DNA of 63,885 nucleotides, filler included, from Dugesia japonica (GCA_001938525.1; 6 parts of 6 records of this genome joined end to end with filler, not necessarily neighbours in it); one strand, 5' to 3'. Shown: positions 1 through 13,337, counted from the whole stretch's first letter. A program made the numbers and translations. Notes: generated from the letters alone by a model not told the origin.

Positions 1-99
1 GAGAAGGAAGACGCTAACATAAAAAACAGTCAAATATTTATTACCAAGAGAGGTTATTAACCCTATGAATCAAATCGTGATACATATTGCTTATATAAA

Positions 100-540
100 G
101 GAAATCATAAGCCGTAATCGATATATTATCGTAATAATCGATTAATTTAGCAAGATAATTAGTTTAACACTAACACAAAACAATATGAAAATACTATTCA
201 CCGTGTTATCTTACATCAATGGATTTACAAATTTGGAAAAACTAAAATGGATTGTATCGGAGATAGGTAAAATATTCGAAGGGAGTCAGATCAAGTGTTT
301 GGTTGATAAATTTAATATTGAGTGGATTACTAATTCACCATATGATCATAAATCGAACAGTTTAGCAGAGCAAGCAATTAGAACTGTCTGAGATATTGTT
401 GTAAAATTATCAAATTATGGGCGAACTGGATTGTGCTGGTACGAAATTATACCGAAAATTGAATATTCCATTAACTCAACGATANNNNNNNNNNNNNNNN
501 NNNNNNNGATGGAAATAATATTTGGAAGGAAGATAAATAT
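100..540 (+). mobile_element. Decayed Ty3/gypsy integrase core fragment
   Basis: Translation has IVIID..FSK, WIVSEIGKIFEG (D-x-G region), SPYDHKSNSLAEQAIRTV (SPY..NG.AER motif) and LPKIEYSINST, with stops and frameshifts. Confidence 0.8.
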
Positions 541-1595
541 TTATGGCAAAGATGTAATAAAATAATATTACAAATTTATGAATAATATCAAACACCAAAA
601 TAAAACAAATGAAATACATTAAACCACATTCAATAAATTGAACATGCAAACCAAGTATTATTTGATATGATAAAATTGAAAACAGTCAGTTGAAAATACA
701 TAAATCATGTCTAAATGAATTCTAAACTGTCATTCATGTTTCATAAGTTTTCGATGTATATTATTTCACTCATTACATACATGTATTGGCGACAAAAACA
801 TTATTGATAAATTATATCATTTAAACATTTCTTGTCATAGAAATAATAAATGTAAATATTTGTTGTTTTATAGATTCTGGTAGTAATTAGAATTTTCTCA
901 AATTTGAATTATTGATAACTAAAAGTTAGAAATGATGACTCTAGAGTATATTAGTTACCGTGGCAACCTCATCGTAATAATCACTCAACTACACGTAATC
1001 ATTACATAATTTCTAAAAAATAAATTCGCATACCTTAACAATTATGTAGTCATTTTGCAACCATTCGCGTATTATATAATCATTGTGTATATATAAAGGT
1101 GCTTGCGTTTTAAATATAATTCTTGGATTGTGTTTGTTTTTGGTTTGATTTTTATATATTTTGTATTTGAAAATAGATATTTAGATAGAATTCTATTTGG
1201 ATAACCATTATTTAGAAACTTATTCTTTTGGGTAAACAATTACAAAAACCAAGACAGAATTATTGTGATCCCAAATGCATTTGTGATGGTAAAAATATAA
1301 GAGTAAAGTTTTAATACTAATAAAATACATATTTAAATATTTTAATACTTTAATGCATTCAATTTTTTAAAATAAAATTTAGGAAAAATGTTTAATCAAA
1401 TTTAATTAAAAAGAATTGTTTTAACTTAATTTAAAAAAAAATTATAATTTAATAAACCAGTAAAATTTTGATAAAAGATTAAGAATTTGTAGCAACGATC
1501 CATCGTCAATTTGAATCCATCAGAAAGTTATTATTCCTGAAGAATACTAGGGTCAAAAATTTGAATTTCTTTACACTTGAAAAATTAAAGTTTAG

Positions 1596-1805
1596 AGTAG
1601 ATGATACAGGGCGGAAATAAAAGATAAATTACCTCAGATTCATATTCATTTTAAAGAATTATCGATTTTTCATTTTTTCTTAAATAATTACATCATAGTA
1701 AAAAATCAATAGACTACAGTCTACCCAGGATAGAAAAACAGCAACCACCCACAAAAATGAAGGGTGAGGGGGGTGGTCTTTTATTTTCGCCCTATATCAT
1801 CTACT
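1596..1805. mobile_element. 210-bp miniature element with 29-bp TIRs and AGTAG...CTACT termini
   Basis: AGTAGATGATACAGGGCGGAAATAAAAGA (1596-1624) is the near-perfect reverse complement of TCTTTTATTTTCGCCCTATATCATCTACT (1777-1805). No TSD visible. Confidence 0.75.
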
Positions 1806-2669
1806 GGCAATCTTGATATTTTTTAAGATATTTATGCATGGTGTGGGCAGTCTTGATATTTTTTAAGGTAATATTACAAGACATATATGCATGTTATGAA
1901 CAGTCTTTATATTTTTTAAGATATTATTACAAGATATCGGACAGTCTTGATTGAAGCAATATTGATTATTTTTTATATTTTACTTTAGATGGTTCAGTGT
2001 TGATATTTTTTTGTAAGAGATTGAGGCATTATTGATTTTTTATAAAANNNNNNNNNNNNNNNNNNNNNNNNNNNNNNNNNNNNNNNNNNNNNNNNNNNNN
2101 NNNNNNNNNNNNNNNNNNNNNNNNNNNNNNNNNNNNNNNNNNNNNNNNNNNNNNNNNNNNNNNNNNNNNNNNNNNAAAATTCAAAATGGTGGCTATATTG
2201 AGTTTTAAAAATTCTCAGACTTGTGATTTTCAGTGTATGTGTGTTGCAGCTGAAATGCTTCCAAGTTGCATTTATGAAAATATATCCATCAAAAAAAAGA
2301 TTTCAAAGAGAGGAGTCTTTGTTATATTTAGATATTAAAATATTCAAAAAAAAAGTTCAAAGAGGGGAGTCTTTGTACAAAAAGTAGATATATTACATGA
2401 TAAAAATATAGCTATTAAAAATAATTAAAGAGGGGAGTCTTTGTGATATTTCCATAATAGAATATAACTTTTGAATAAATATTCGAATTAAAACTTTTCA
2501 TTACAAAATGATAAAAAACATAGAACTTTATTCAAAAACATATTACTAGTGCTAATTTTNNNNNNNNNNNNNNNNNNNNNNNNNNNNNNNNNNNNNNNNN
2601 NNNNNNNNNCATTACAAAATGATAAAAAACATAGAACTTTATTCAAAAACATATTACTAGTGCTAATTT

Positions 2670-2830
2670 TCTATAAAAAAAATCTCATTACAGTTCCAGT
2701 TTTTAATAAAAAATCTCATTACCGATGCCATTTTTAATAAAAAATCTTATTACCGATGTAATTTTTAATAAAAAATATCATTACCGATGTAATTTTCCAT
2801 TAAAAAAAACATATTGACAATGCAATTTTC
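2670..2830. repeat. ~24-bp tandem repeat (AATTTTTAATAAAAAATCTCATTACCGATG-like)
   Basis: About six adjacent degenerate copies. Confidence 0.8.
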
Positions 2831-3211
2831 CAAAATAAAACATATGAGTATATTATTTGATAGTTGCCTTACATTATCTACATAGCGACCATGTATTATA
2901 AAGATTCTGAGTGTATTATAGATTTATTATAGATTTATTAAAGAAATTTACTTTTAAGGTTTTGTATTGGTTTTTAACATTATACATTAATTGTAAGTTG
3001 TACACTCAAAATATTTACTTAAATATACTTATAAGGTAATTTTACAGTTATATAATGTTATATAAAATTGATTTTTTTTCATTAAAATTATAATTATTAT
3101 AATAACATGTATTTTTTCTTATGGTGAAAAATGAAAACAAAAAAAACCCATTTTCAATCAGAATTTGTAGCCCTAAAGAGGACTAGTTTATCGTTATCAT
3201 TTCCTTCTTAT

Positions 3212-3573
3212 TCATAATTTTATCCTTGATAGAAGAAATTGAAAGCATTTCTCTTTCAACATAAATTTTCTTTGATCATTTGTGATTTCAACACAACTCG
3301 ACCACTCGCTCATTGAATCCAAAATGATCCTCTCAATGTCCATCTGTAAGAAATTTGGAATGTTCTCCTAGTAGGAAAACTTCCAATGTTCAGCCAGCGC
3401 CTTGAGACATGGAAACGTCTCCTCTAGTATTTCCTTTACTAAAACTAAAAAGAAAAATAAATAAAATTAATAATAAAATAAATTTTACTTTTCTCGTCAT
3501 GGAAGACTTCCTCTTCTTGTTTTATATCTTCCTCTCTGATAAGGCATCCTTTTTCATATTGAAATAGATCCAT
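3212..3573 (-). pseudogene. Two-exon orphan gene (105 codons, one in-frame TAG) inside the foldback element
   Basis: Exon 3573-3489, 44-nt GT..AG intron 3488-3445, exon 3444-3212. Translation MDLFQYEKGCLIREEDIKQEEEVFHDEKILVKEILEETFPCLKALAEHWKFSY*ENIPNFLQMDIERIILDSMSEWSSCVEITNDQRKFMLKEKCFQFLLSRIKL*. Splicing preserves the frame. Confidence 0.6.
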
Positions 3574-4329
3574 TTAGCATTTTTAAAATATATATAATTA
3601 AAAAGAATTAATAATGTTAGCAATATATAATATTTGAAAGTAAAATACCACAAAGTAATATATTTAATTTATTTAAATTTAAATATCTAAATGTAAATTT
3701 TTATTATTTGTACTTGAGTTGTACTTGTATTGCATCTGTGTTGCAAATTTTCCAAGTTTTTTCAATCAAATTTNNNNNNNNNNNNNNNNNNNNNNNNACT
3801 TATACTTGAAAATTCAAATTTTTTAGTTTTAGTATTACTAGCTTTCCTGTTGAGAACTAATTTACAGATAAATAATCATATTTTACAAGTCTAAGAGCAG
3901 GAAATAACTCTGTTTCAAACCAGTAATTATCTAATCTTGTTAATTTATACAAATTAATTGAAACTCGNNNNNNNNNNNNNNNNNNNNNNNNNNNNNNNNN
4001 NNNNNNNNNNNNNNNNNNNNNNNNNNNNNNNNNNNNNNNNNNNNNNNNNNNNNNNNNNNNNNNNNNNNNNNNNNNNNNNNNNNNNNNNNNNNNNNNNNNN
4101 NTAAATTTATCGCTTTTGACTTTAAATTGAAATGGTTTGCCTGTAGGAAAGCTTACTTTCTTTGCGTCATTTCATTAAATATTGATTATCATAATTAATG
4201 AATTAAAGAGAAACATTAGGGTTTTGATGAATTTAATTCCTTCATTAAAATAATGTATTAAATTAGGAATAAATTAAAGAAAATCGAGGAATAAAAATGA
4301 TAATCAAATTATTCTACTTAAAGAAAACC

Positions 4330-5055
4330 ACTCATAAGCCTTATATTACACAGTTATTAGAGAAAAAAATACATAGTTGTTATGTAAATGATGCACTCAT
4401 AAAACCTATATTACATAGCTGCTAAGTAAATAATACAATGTAAATATACAGATATTACACTCATAAATCATATATTACATGTTAACTATGTAAAAATACC
4501 TTCAACAACCTTATATTAGACGTTTGCTATGTAAATAATTTCTTCATAAATCTTATATTTCATAAACTTTATATTTCATGGTTGTTATGTAAAGAAAAAT
4601 ACATTCATAATCCTTATAATACATGGTTGCTATGCAAATAATACACTCATAAGTCTTATATTTCATAAACTTTATATTTCATGGTTAATATGTAAATAAT
4701 GCACTCAATCCTTATAATACATGGTTGTTATGTAAATATTACATGCAAAACCATTAAACAGTTGTTTTGTAAATAATATACGTGTAAAACTTATAATGCA
4801 CGGTTGATATGTAAATAATACAAGGTAACTATGTGAATAATACATGTTTACTATGTAATAATACACTCGGAATTTTTATAATAGATGGTCGCTATGTAGA
4901 TAATGCAAGGTAACTATTAAATAATATACTCATAAACCTTATAATATATGGTTACTATGTATTAATACACACAAACTTCTTATAATACCAGGTAAATATG
5001 TAAACTACAGACTCGTAAACCATATAATACATGGTTGCTATGTAAATAATACACA
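4330..5055. repeat. ~42-bp degenerate tandem repeat (CATAAACCTTATATTACATGGTTGCTATGTAAATAATACACT)
   Basis: More than 12 degenerate copies; the same unit recurs at about 44560-44650. Confidence 0.85.
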
Positions 5056-5942
5056 AAAAAATCATTATTATGCAAATATCACAAAGACTCCCTTCTTTGA
5101 GGTTTTTTTGATAGATATATTTTTTATAAATGCAACTCGGAAACATTACAGCTGTAACACACATACACTGAAAATCACAAGTCTGAGAATTTTTAAAACT
5201 CAATATAGCCACCATTTTGAATTTTTTTAANNNNNNNNNNNNNNNNNNNNNNNNNNNNNNNNNNNNNNNNNNNNNNNNNNNNNNNNNNNNNNNNNNNNNN
5301 NNNNNNNNNNNNNNNNNNNNNNNNNNNNNNNNNNNNNNNNAAGCAAAAATATTTTTATAAAAAATCAATAATGCCTCAATCTCTTACAAAAAAAATATCA
5401 ACACTGAACCATCTAAAGTAAAATATAAAAAATAATCAATAATGCTTCAATCAAGACTGTCCGATATCTTGTAATAATATCTTAAAAAATATAAAGACTG
5501 CTCATAACATGCATAAATTTCTTATAATATTATCTTAAAAAATATCAAGACTGCCCATAACATGCATTAATATCTTGTAATAATATCTTTAAAAATATTA
5601 AGACTGCCCACACCATGCATAAATATCTTAAAAAAATAAATCTTCAAAATCCAAAAAAAAATTATCTCCAAGATCTCCATCTACTCCTCCTCGTTTTTTC
5701 AGTCTCTTACACACACACACAAAAACACACAAACCCATTTTGACCTACTTTTTAAAAAGAACCTTAACAACCCAAACACAACCCAAAAATCTTAGGAAAA
5801 AAATCGATCACAAAAATCAATGTTAAAAAAACGCAGCTTAAAAATAATTGTGCTCGAATTTTGGCTCATTGCCAAATTTTGCCCGTGTGCCACTCTCTAT
5901 CTACTCATTATTATTATTATTTATTAAAATGATTTTTATAAA

Positions 5943-6755
5943 GTGTGAACTTTCCCACATTAATCTTTACAAAATATTTCGTTTAATTCACATGAAATAA
6001 TGTACTATTTTAGTATTTATTATTGGCGTGTGAAATATTGTACTTCAAAAACATTATTATTATTTAAATTTTTCACACCTTAATCTTTATATTGTTTGTT
6101 AGTTTTAGATGGAATTATAAATATAAACTGTGAATTTTCACACCTTGAACATTACAATTTTTGTGTTTAAATGTACATGAAACGCTTATTATTTAATTAT
6201 TTAAATTCTTAAATATACGTGTGTTCTTATACGTGTGAATTTTCACACCTTTGAAGCAAACTTTTACAGATAAATGCAAACAATGATTGCTTATAGGCGT
6301 ACAAAATTTTCACACATCATTATTAAAATCTATTATAATTAAACTGTTTTTTATGACTAAATTTTCAGATATTGTTGTGAACTTTCACATTTTAATCTAA
6401 ACAAAAGAAAACATGTCTTTGATTTTTTTTTATTGGCGTGGGAATATTCAAAAATATGTTATTGTTATTTAAATTTACTTTTTGAGATGTGAACTTTCAC
6501 AATCTTTTCTTTAAAAATTGCCTCTAAAATCTGAAATATGAGTTTCAAATAGCATTTCTTATCTATGAGAGAAATGAATATTTTTTATTATTTTCTATTA
6601 GTCTATGAAATTTCAAACTTCAGAAATATTATTAATGTTATTATTATTTAAAAGTTTATTTATAAGACATGAATTTTCACACCTTAATATAAACAGTAAA
6701 TTTTCACACCTTTGATGTGAACTTTCACATTTTTATGTAAACTGTGAAATCTCAC
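5943..6755. repeat. Array of palindromic TGTGAA(C/T)TTTCACA motifs with variable AT-rich spacers
   Basis: Clear copies at about 5944, 6129, 6234, 6376, 6488, 6716 and 6743, plus several degenerate ones. Confidence 0.7.
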
Positions 6756-6760
6756 AAGTA

Positions 6761-7900
6761 AGTAGATAGTGGCGCATAAGAACAGTACACATTAGGTAAC
6801 CCACCCTTTTACGTAATCGGATTATTACATACGTGTTTTTGTATTTTTCTTATGTAAATAGGTGGTCGCACACATTTGTATGCATTACATAATGAAATTA
6901 ATTTCGTCGCGACATTATTACGGTACTGGTTTTAAATTTAAATGTATTTAGTTGGGAATACATTTGGCACACAAATTATGTCTTCAGATTAATTTCATCG
7001 GTGAAATATTATGTAATATGATTAACTGTTTTTAAATTTCCTGAGTATATAGTTGGGAAATTTTTTTAAGCTGCAAGTGTTTTTAAATTTTCCAATGTAT
7101 TTAGTTGGGAAAGTATTATAGGCTTATTAGGCGGTAACTGTTCTGAAAATTTATATTTTCTTGTGTATTTAGTTGGGAAAATTTTTCAGACTTTTTAATC
7201 AGCAATGTTTTTTAGGTTCTTTAATTAGGAATTTATTCGGTGAGATCGAATGAGGTCAATGTTATATTGGTTTTAGGTGGTTTTTGTCCAGATATTACTC
7301 GATGAGGTCGAATGTGGTCAATTTTTGGTTGTTTCAGAAAAATTTGGTCCAATATTTCCTCGGGATTGGTAATTTTTTGGGTGATTTAGGTGAAATTAGT
7401 TGAAAATTTTCTCGGTCAAAATTTGAATGGTTTAGAGTAAACTTTAGGTGATTTGATCAAATAATTCTTCGGGATTGCTCGGATTGCTCCAAACATTGGG
7501 TAATTTTTGGATGGTTTAGGTGAAATTGGTTGAAAATTTCTAGTTGAGGTTGAATCTGGTCAAACTTGATTTGTTATAGATGAATTCGATAAATGTTTTC
7601 TCGGGAATGGTTAATTATTTGCTCACAATGGTATTTGTTAGACGAATTCGGTCAATTACTTTTTCGAGTTTGTATAATTTGGTCAATTATTTACTCAGTT
7701 TAGATAATATTGGTCAATTATAAACTCATGTTGGTTAGTTTTGGATGGTTATTTTTGTCTAGTTATGGTCAATTACTTACTCACAAGGGATAGATTTAGG
7801 TGAATTTGAGGGATCATTTCCTCGGTTTGGTCAGCTTTGGTTGAATTTTAAGGAAATTCATGATAAAAGTCGAATTTGTTTAAATTTAAAAATTTTTTAA
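6761..7900 (+). mobile_element. Left end of an AGTAGATAGTGGC-terminus element with repeat-rich subterminal region
   Basis: AGTAGATAGTGGCGCA at 6761, followed by repeated GTATTTAGTTGGGA and GGTCAA/TTCTCGG motifs. Right end not found. Confidence 0.55.
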
Positions 7901-8876
7901 AAATTTTTATTGAAGTGTTTTATAGGAATCCGGCAAACCGTTAATGTTAACATACACAATACTCACTATNATCATTTACCTATTAATTGCTCACTTAATG
8001 GTTTAATCTGTTCATCATTTATTTCATATAGTCAACTCTATAATTTACACTAAATATATACTTTAGAACCATTAACCGGTTAATTATTCACATAGTTTCA
8101 CCTTAATATAGAAAATTCCTTTGAAATTAGATTTCTAATGTGTTTATTCACATATTAGTCACCTACTTGGGACATAAATTTATTCTATAATTCAATAAAA
8201 TTCTTACCAATTAAACCTATTATTAGCCGTTAAAATCAATTAATTTATTCATTTTAATACTTTCAAAATTAAAAAGTTAAGTCTATTAAACAATATATTT
8301 CTAATGTATTTATTAATCAATTAATCACCTACTGGAACATAAAGGTTTTCAATCATTAAACCTTTATATAATTAAACCTATTATGAACCTGTTTAAAATG
8401 AATTAATTTATTCATTTGAATATTTTTTAAAATTAATTAGTTAAATCTTCAAAGAAATTTTATTCAAAGTAAAATTATAATCAAATCAATAACTATTTGA
8501 GTAACTAATTTGATTCATTGAATTTAATTTTAAAATTATTCATATTTATTGTAATATCCTAATTGCAAATAAAAAACGATCTTTATTTATTTTAGTATTT
8601 ACTGAATGTGAAGCCATAACTTGTAAAGATTTTTCATATAAATAATTGTAAAAGTTTAAATTTTATAAAGTAGGATCAATAATAAGCANCTATTTGTGAA
8701 AAAGCTTAAATTTTCCTTCTTATTTAAAATGTCTAAAATTATTGTATTTTACACTTAAAATTAACGTTTTAGATAATTTTCTCATAATTATTTGAAAATT
8801 ATTTATTCAATTAATTATTTTAGTCACATTAATAAATATTTAAAATTATTTCAAATTATCTAATGCTTAATAAAAT

Positions 8877-9118
8877 TGTTGGGGTGAAACACCGGATTAA
8901 GGCAAATAGACTGGCGTAAGTAAGCACGAAATTCAAAAAATCTACATAAGAAAGGAAAATGAAGACATCGGACCCAAGAAGGGCATAATCTAGTTGGAGA
9001 GAAGAATGACGAAAGCCAAAATGAGACTAGAAGGCTAAAACTCATGTGAAGGATGAAAGAACTAGAACTACAACAGGAGATAACGAGGAAATAAAAAAGC
9101 TAACAAAGTAAAGAAGCG
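8877..9118 (+). mobile_element. Probable LTR 5' end (TGTTGGGGTGAAACACC family)
   Basis: Same start as 41715 (TGTTGGGGCGAAACACC); abrupt switch to purine-rich sequence. Confidence 0.4.
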
Positions 9119-9218
9119 NNNNNNNNNNNNNNNNNNNNNNNNNNNNNNNNNNNNNNNNNNNNTTAATTAATTAANNNNNNNNNNNNNNNNNNNNNNNNNN
9201 NNNNNNNNNNNNNNNNNN
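9119..9218. other. Artificial scaffold-joining spacer
   Basis: 44N-TTAATTAATTAA-44N (stops in all six frames); five identical copies in the window. Confidence 0.95.
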
Positions 9219-9256
9219 TATTATTATTTTTATTATTATTATCACTATCATTATTA

Positions 9257-9299
<43 letters not shown>

Positions 9300-9625
9300 G
9301 ATATTTATTATTATAATTAGTATTGTTATTAGATGAAACGTCCTCTGGATGAACCGTCCTGGGATGAAACGTCCTAGAATCTATAAACCAATAGTACTTA
9401 TGGAAAATGTAAAAGCGACTTTTAAAGTTTGTTGCAATTTAGATTTATTAGGTTTCAATTTAATCCCATTAATCTATTACAGACTGGCGTTCCTTATAAG
9501 GAACACAACTTTGATGCTTACTAAATGTCGTTGAAATTTAAAATTCGCCATGTAATTAATATTGCAGTCTTAAGTGAATATGTAGTGAAGCGTTGTAACA
9601 GTGTCCAGCAAAGCAACAACTAGTG

Positions 9626-9998
9626 CATGGGTGGCCAACACGAGGCCCGCCTTGAACATTTGTTTGGCCCACGAGATTCGTCACACTTTTACAAAATATA
9701 TAATTCGATATATATTTTTTTATATTTTCAATAATATATATTTTTATATTACATTTTTAGTGTTATATATTTTTTTACAATGTGCGTTTAATCTCATTAT
9801 TATATTATCTATGTTTACATGTAAGAATAATAGTAAACACAATAATAATAACACATTATGTTACAATTAGTCACTCCAAAAAATGTCTTTAGATTTAGAC
9901 TCTAAATCTAATATTTGTTTATAAATTTATTTGCGGCCCGCGGAGTTATGATGCATTACCAAAGTGGCCCTTAAGGTCATTTAAGTTGGCCACCCATG
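9626..9998. mobile_element. hAT (Charlie-like) MITE
   Basis: TIRs CATGGGTGGCCAAC/GTTGGCCACCCATG; perfect 8-bp TSD AACTAGTG (9618-9625, 9999-10006); GGCCCG subterminal motifs. Confidence 0.92.
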
Positions 9999-11133
9999 AA
10001 CTAGTGTTTTGATATAGTTAGATTTCTAGGGAAATAAGTTCAGTCTCTAATGGTTTAAATAATTTTGCAAATCTTTTATAATTCATGTTGATAATCAATT
10101 TTTAATTGTATCAATAAATTATTTTTTAATTACTTTTAATGAAGTTTTTTTAAAGCAAATTATAAAAATTAATCTAACTTAATTTTGCAATTTCTAACAG
10201 TAATTTCTGAAAATATTAATTCACCTGCTTAGAAGATAATTGTTAAAAAATGAGAATGATAAAAATAAATAAAGTTTCCAAGAAAATTCGAGATTTGTGG
10301 GAACGTGTAAATATGAAAACGAAACGTAACATCGTAAAATTTGACAATGATTTAATAATTAGTATAATTCAATATAGAAATAAGCACTTCTACCTTTTCA
10401 CCACAAGCTTAACAAAGAGCTTGTTTTTTTAAATAATACCTGTAGTCAATTATGCATAATATTCAAAATATGTAATATAAAATTAATAAGTAATCATTAC
10501 CAGATAATGATCGAAGCTAGAAAAACAAGAAAGATTAGTCTTATGTATGCTCAACAAAGATTTGAGACATGCAAAAAAGCTTTGATTTTGAAAGAAAAAT
10601 AGATGTCAAAGATTTAGACAGCTTATGTTGAGTATATTGATTGTAAAATCATTACAATGAATTTTTTTAAAAATATTGTACAAATTAAAAATACAATTTC
10701 CTTAAAATATTAAAAAATTTATTGACCGATTAAAAATAACTTTTCCAAGAAGAAATAAGAGACAATAAATGTATTCATATTTTAGCATTATTTTGAAATG
10801 TAGGTCAAATCATAATCTGTAATAATTGATATTATGAAAAGAACTGGTATAATGAAAATTGCAATTCAGAATTGGCATGCGTCAAAATCGAAAATTTTAA
10901 GATTTAATACGCAACGACGTAGAAAACTTTCATAGATAAAAAACAAATATAATATGATTACTGAAAATTACAAATAATATATAATAAATAGGTAGTATGA
11001 AAATAATTGAGAACTTAGTCCACGTGTTTTATTGTAGTGGTGTTAAATAAACTTGTAACTGCGATCAATAAATTATCCCTTAAAGTTTACTAAAATCTTT
11101 GAAAAACTTTATTAAAAATAAAATATAATGAAC

Positions 11134-11143
11134 AAAAGGATAC
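11134..11143 (-). other. U12-type (minor spliceosome) 5' splice site
   Basis: GTATCCTTTT immediately after the GN/Y exon end matches the RTATCCTTT consensus. Confidence 0.75.
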
Positions 11144-11264
11144 AATTTCCAATTATTAAAACTGTGATAAAATACAAAGACGACAATGATCCAATTCCAA
11201 ACGGATTCCCGAGAGACAGTATTCCTTTATACATCTCACTATGCCAAGCTGTTGCTGTCATTAT
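11144..11264 (-). CDS. Voltage-gated Ca2+ channel alpha1 (Cav1-like), domain II pore loop-S6 exon
   Basis: TTTCAG acceptor; IMTATAWHSEMYKGILSLGNPFGIGSLSSLYFITVLIIGN aligns without gaps to Cav1 [40 protein letters not shown]; in phase with exon 13530-13737; donor GTATCCTTT. Confidence 0.85.
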
Positions 11265-11390
11265 CTGAAAGACAATTTGTCGTTATCTACTATAAAAAGA
11301 GAAAATTTAAATCTCATTCTTTGATTTTTTGAAATAAATATTTTATAAAAACTAAAATTCAAGATTTCCATAATTCTTAGACTCATCTAA

Positions 11391-13235
11391 CATGGTGGCA
11401 GCTGGAAACCCTGATGCAATTACAGAAATATTGTTACCGATAACATCAAGCGATGTAAAATTTATTTTGAAACTAGAAGCATCACAAATAAGAAGAAGCA
11501 ACAAATATTGGTCTCATGTATGCTCGACGACATATACAAAGACTTTTACAAGGGATAACGGATTTCATGCACGGTTACAAGTAGTTTTGAAGGTAAAAGA
11601 TATGTTATCAAAGATCTTAAAAACCTGATAAATTATCGACGAGATAGTAAAGACATTGAGGTTTACTTCAAAAAATAGAAGATTTAGTCTAGAAATTCTT
11701 CTAAAATGTAGAGTTGACTAAAGAGAAAGTTATGGCTAAGATTCTCATAGTTCATACAGAAAGCAAAAAATCAGAAGTTGTTTTGCGGCAAGTGGAAAAG
11801 TTGAAGAATTTAAAGAAACTCTATATTTGGTAGATAAATTAGAAAAAAAGAAAGAAAATATTAACCTAATGAAGAGTTACACGGGAGTAACAAGTAAAGA
11901 AGTTGCCATAGACAGACGAAGAAATGTCGAACAATCTACCAAAAGAACAGGACCAGAATATTTTTATGCCCGAGATACACCTACATAAAGAGGGATTGTC
12001 CCAAGAAATTGTAGATATAATGCTGGACTTGCTACAGGAAAAGGAATATAAATATAACATCTCTAGACAAGAAACCACCAATATGTTTTAATTGTGGTAA
12101 TGGTGGTCCCATCAGAAGGTTTTGCACGAAGAATATATGCAGGAAATATAAAAAACCTGGACACAGAGTAGAAGAGTAATTCATAAACATTACCAAGACA
12201 GGAAAATAAAATGGAAAACACAATTTTTAAACAATGCAGCCAACACGAGATCAGATTCGGAATAAAAAAATTATACCATTCGAGGATATGATGAAAATGA
12301 AGGTCTATTTTCTGAAAATAAAATTGAATACGTAAATTTGAGAAGAGAATATCCAAATGATAGAGCTCCGTAAATAGGGGAGTTGGTAGGAACTGTTTAT
12401 TTCATATAGAGCAATTCATAAAAATGTTGATATGTTGTCAAGGAGTAAATGTGATACATTTTTGCATTACCTAATGTCACATGAAGATCCTAAACCAGGT
12501 GGATTAAAGACCAAGATGTTAAATATAGTAGAAACTTGAAAGAAGGAAGATAAAATTCAAGAAAATGAAAAAAAACATTAATTCCTGGCAATAAAATACA
12601 GAAAAATATGCTAGAAATGGACCTTCTATTATGTCACATATGAGNGGAAAGATTGGCAACATACATGAAGAACAACTATAAAAGAAAACATGTGTGGAGC
12701 AAAGTACAAGAGATTGTTCAAAGTTGTGTACCATGTCAGAAAACTAGAGGATTGACAACAACCTAAACAAAAACAACACAGTTAGCACAAGTATTTAAAT
12801 TTTCATTCATATATGTGTGTGGTCCAGTGATGGAAACACGAGGTCGGAAAACATATATCCAACCAATGAAAGAGTTGGCCAACGAGCATGAAATTACATT
12901 CAAATTTTCGAATCTATAACACTAGATCATAATGAACAAGTCGAGAGGCAGTTAGAAACTATGCGAGATTCGATTAATGTTACAATCAAAGAAAGGTAAA
13001 TCTCAGATTGAATGCCACAGTACAGAAGAATACCTAGAAGGACCCAGTTGATATCATATTTTGGAGGAAGATAAGCAAATAAAAATGCTTTAAAGCAAAT
13101 ATACCAAAACTGCACAAAGAATCAGAAAAGCAAATACCTACAAATACAAAATTCAGAAATGGTGATAGGTCTTAATAAAAGTTGAGACAAGGAACAAGAA
13201 CCAAGATCGATTTGAAGGATCATATAAGATAAAAG
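11391..13235 (+). mobile_element. Internally deleted Ty3/gypsy remnant in the Cav intron
   Basis: CA+TGGTGGCAGC PBS, Gag start MVAAG, zinc-knuckle-like CFNCG, RNase H end HKNVDMLSR, integrase pieces (HNEQVERQLETMRD, DRFEGSYKI). Confidence 0.75.
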
Positions 13236-13268
13236 CGAAAGTATTATTATTAAGGAATATTATAAGTA

Positions 13269-13271
<3 letters not shown>

Positions 13272-13337
<66 letters not shown>

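Larger units (their letters stand above)
1806..5905. mobile_element. Foldback / long-TIR element (non-autonomous, Polinton/Maverick-like right terminus)
   Basis: Blocks 1815-2047, 2176-2320 and 2843-2920 are reverse complements of 5350-5630, 5075-5228 and 4858-4932. Right end GCCACTCTCTATCTACT at 5889-5905. Arms contain tandem repeats. Confidence 0.7.

Noticed and set aside
3212-3444. In-frame TAG/TGA in several ORFs as stop-codon reassignment
   Set aside because: Conserved host exons (ACSBG, GRP94, Cav) have no in-frame stops; stops co-occur with frameshifts in decayed sequence.
5943-6755. CRISPR-like array of palindromic repeats
   Set aside because: Repeats are only ~14 bp and degenerate, spacing is irregular, there are no cas genes and the context is eukaryotic.
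9332-9380. Three GATGAAACGTCC repeats as a hammerhead ribozyme
   Set aside because: No CUGANGA core; more like a transposon subterminal repeat.
10170-11100. Candidate next Cav exon (YILLNVFLAIAVDNL equivalent)
   Set aside because: IAV/ITVRN-like stretches near 11065 and 10200 are out of phase or misaligned.
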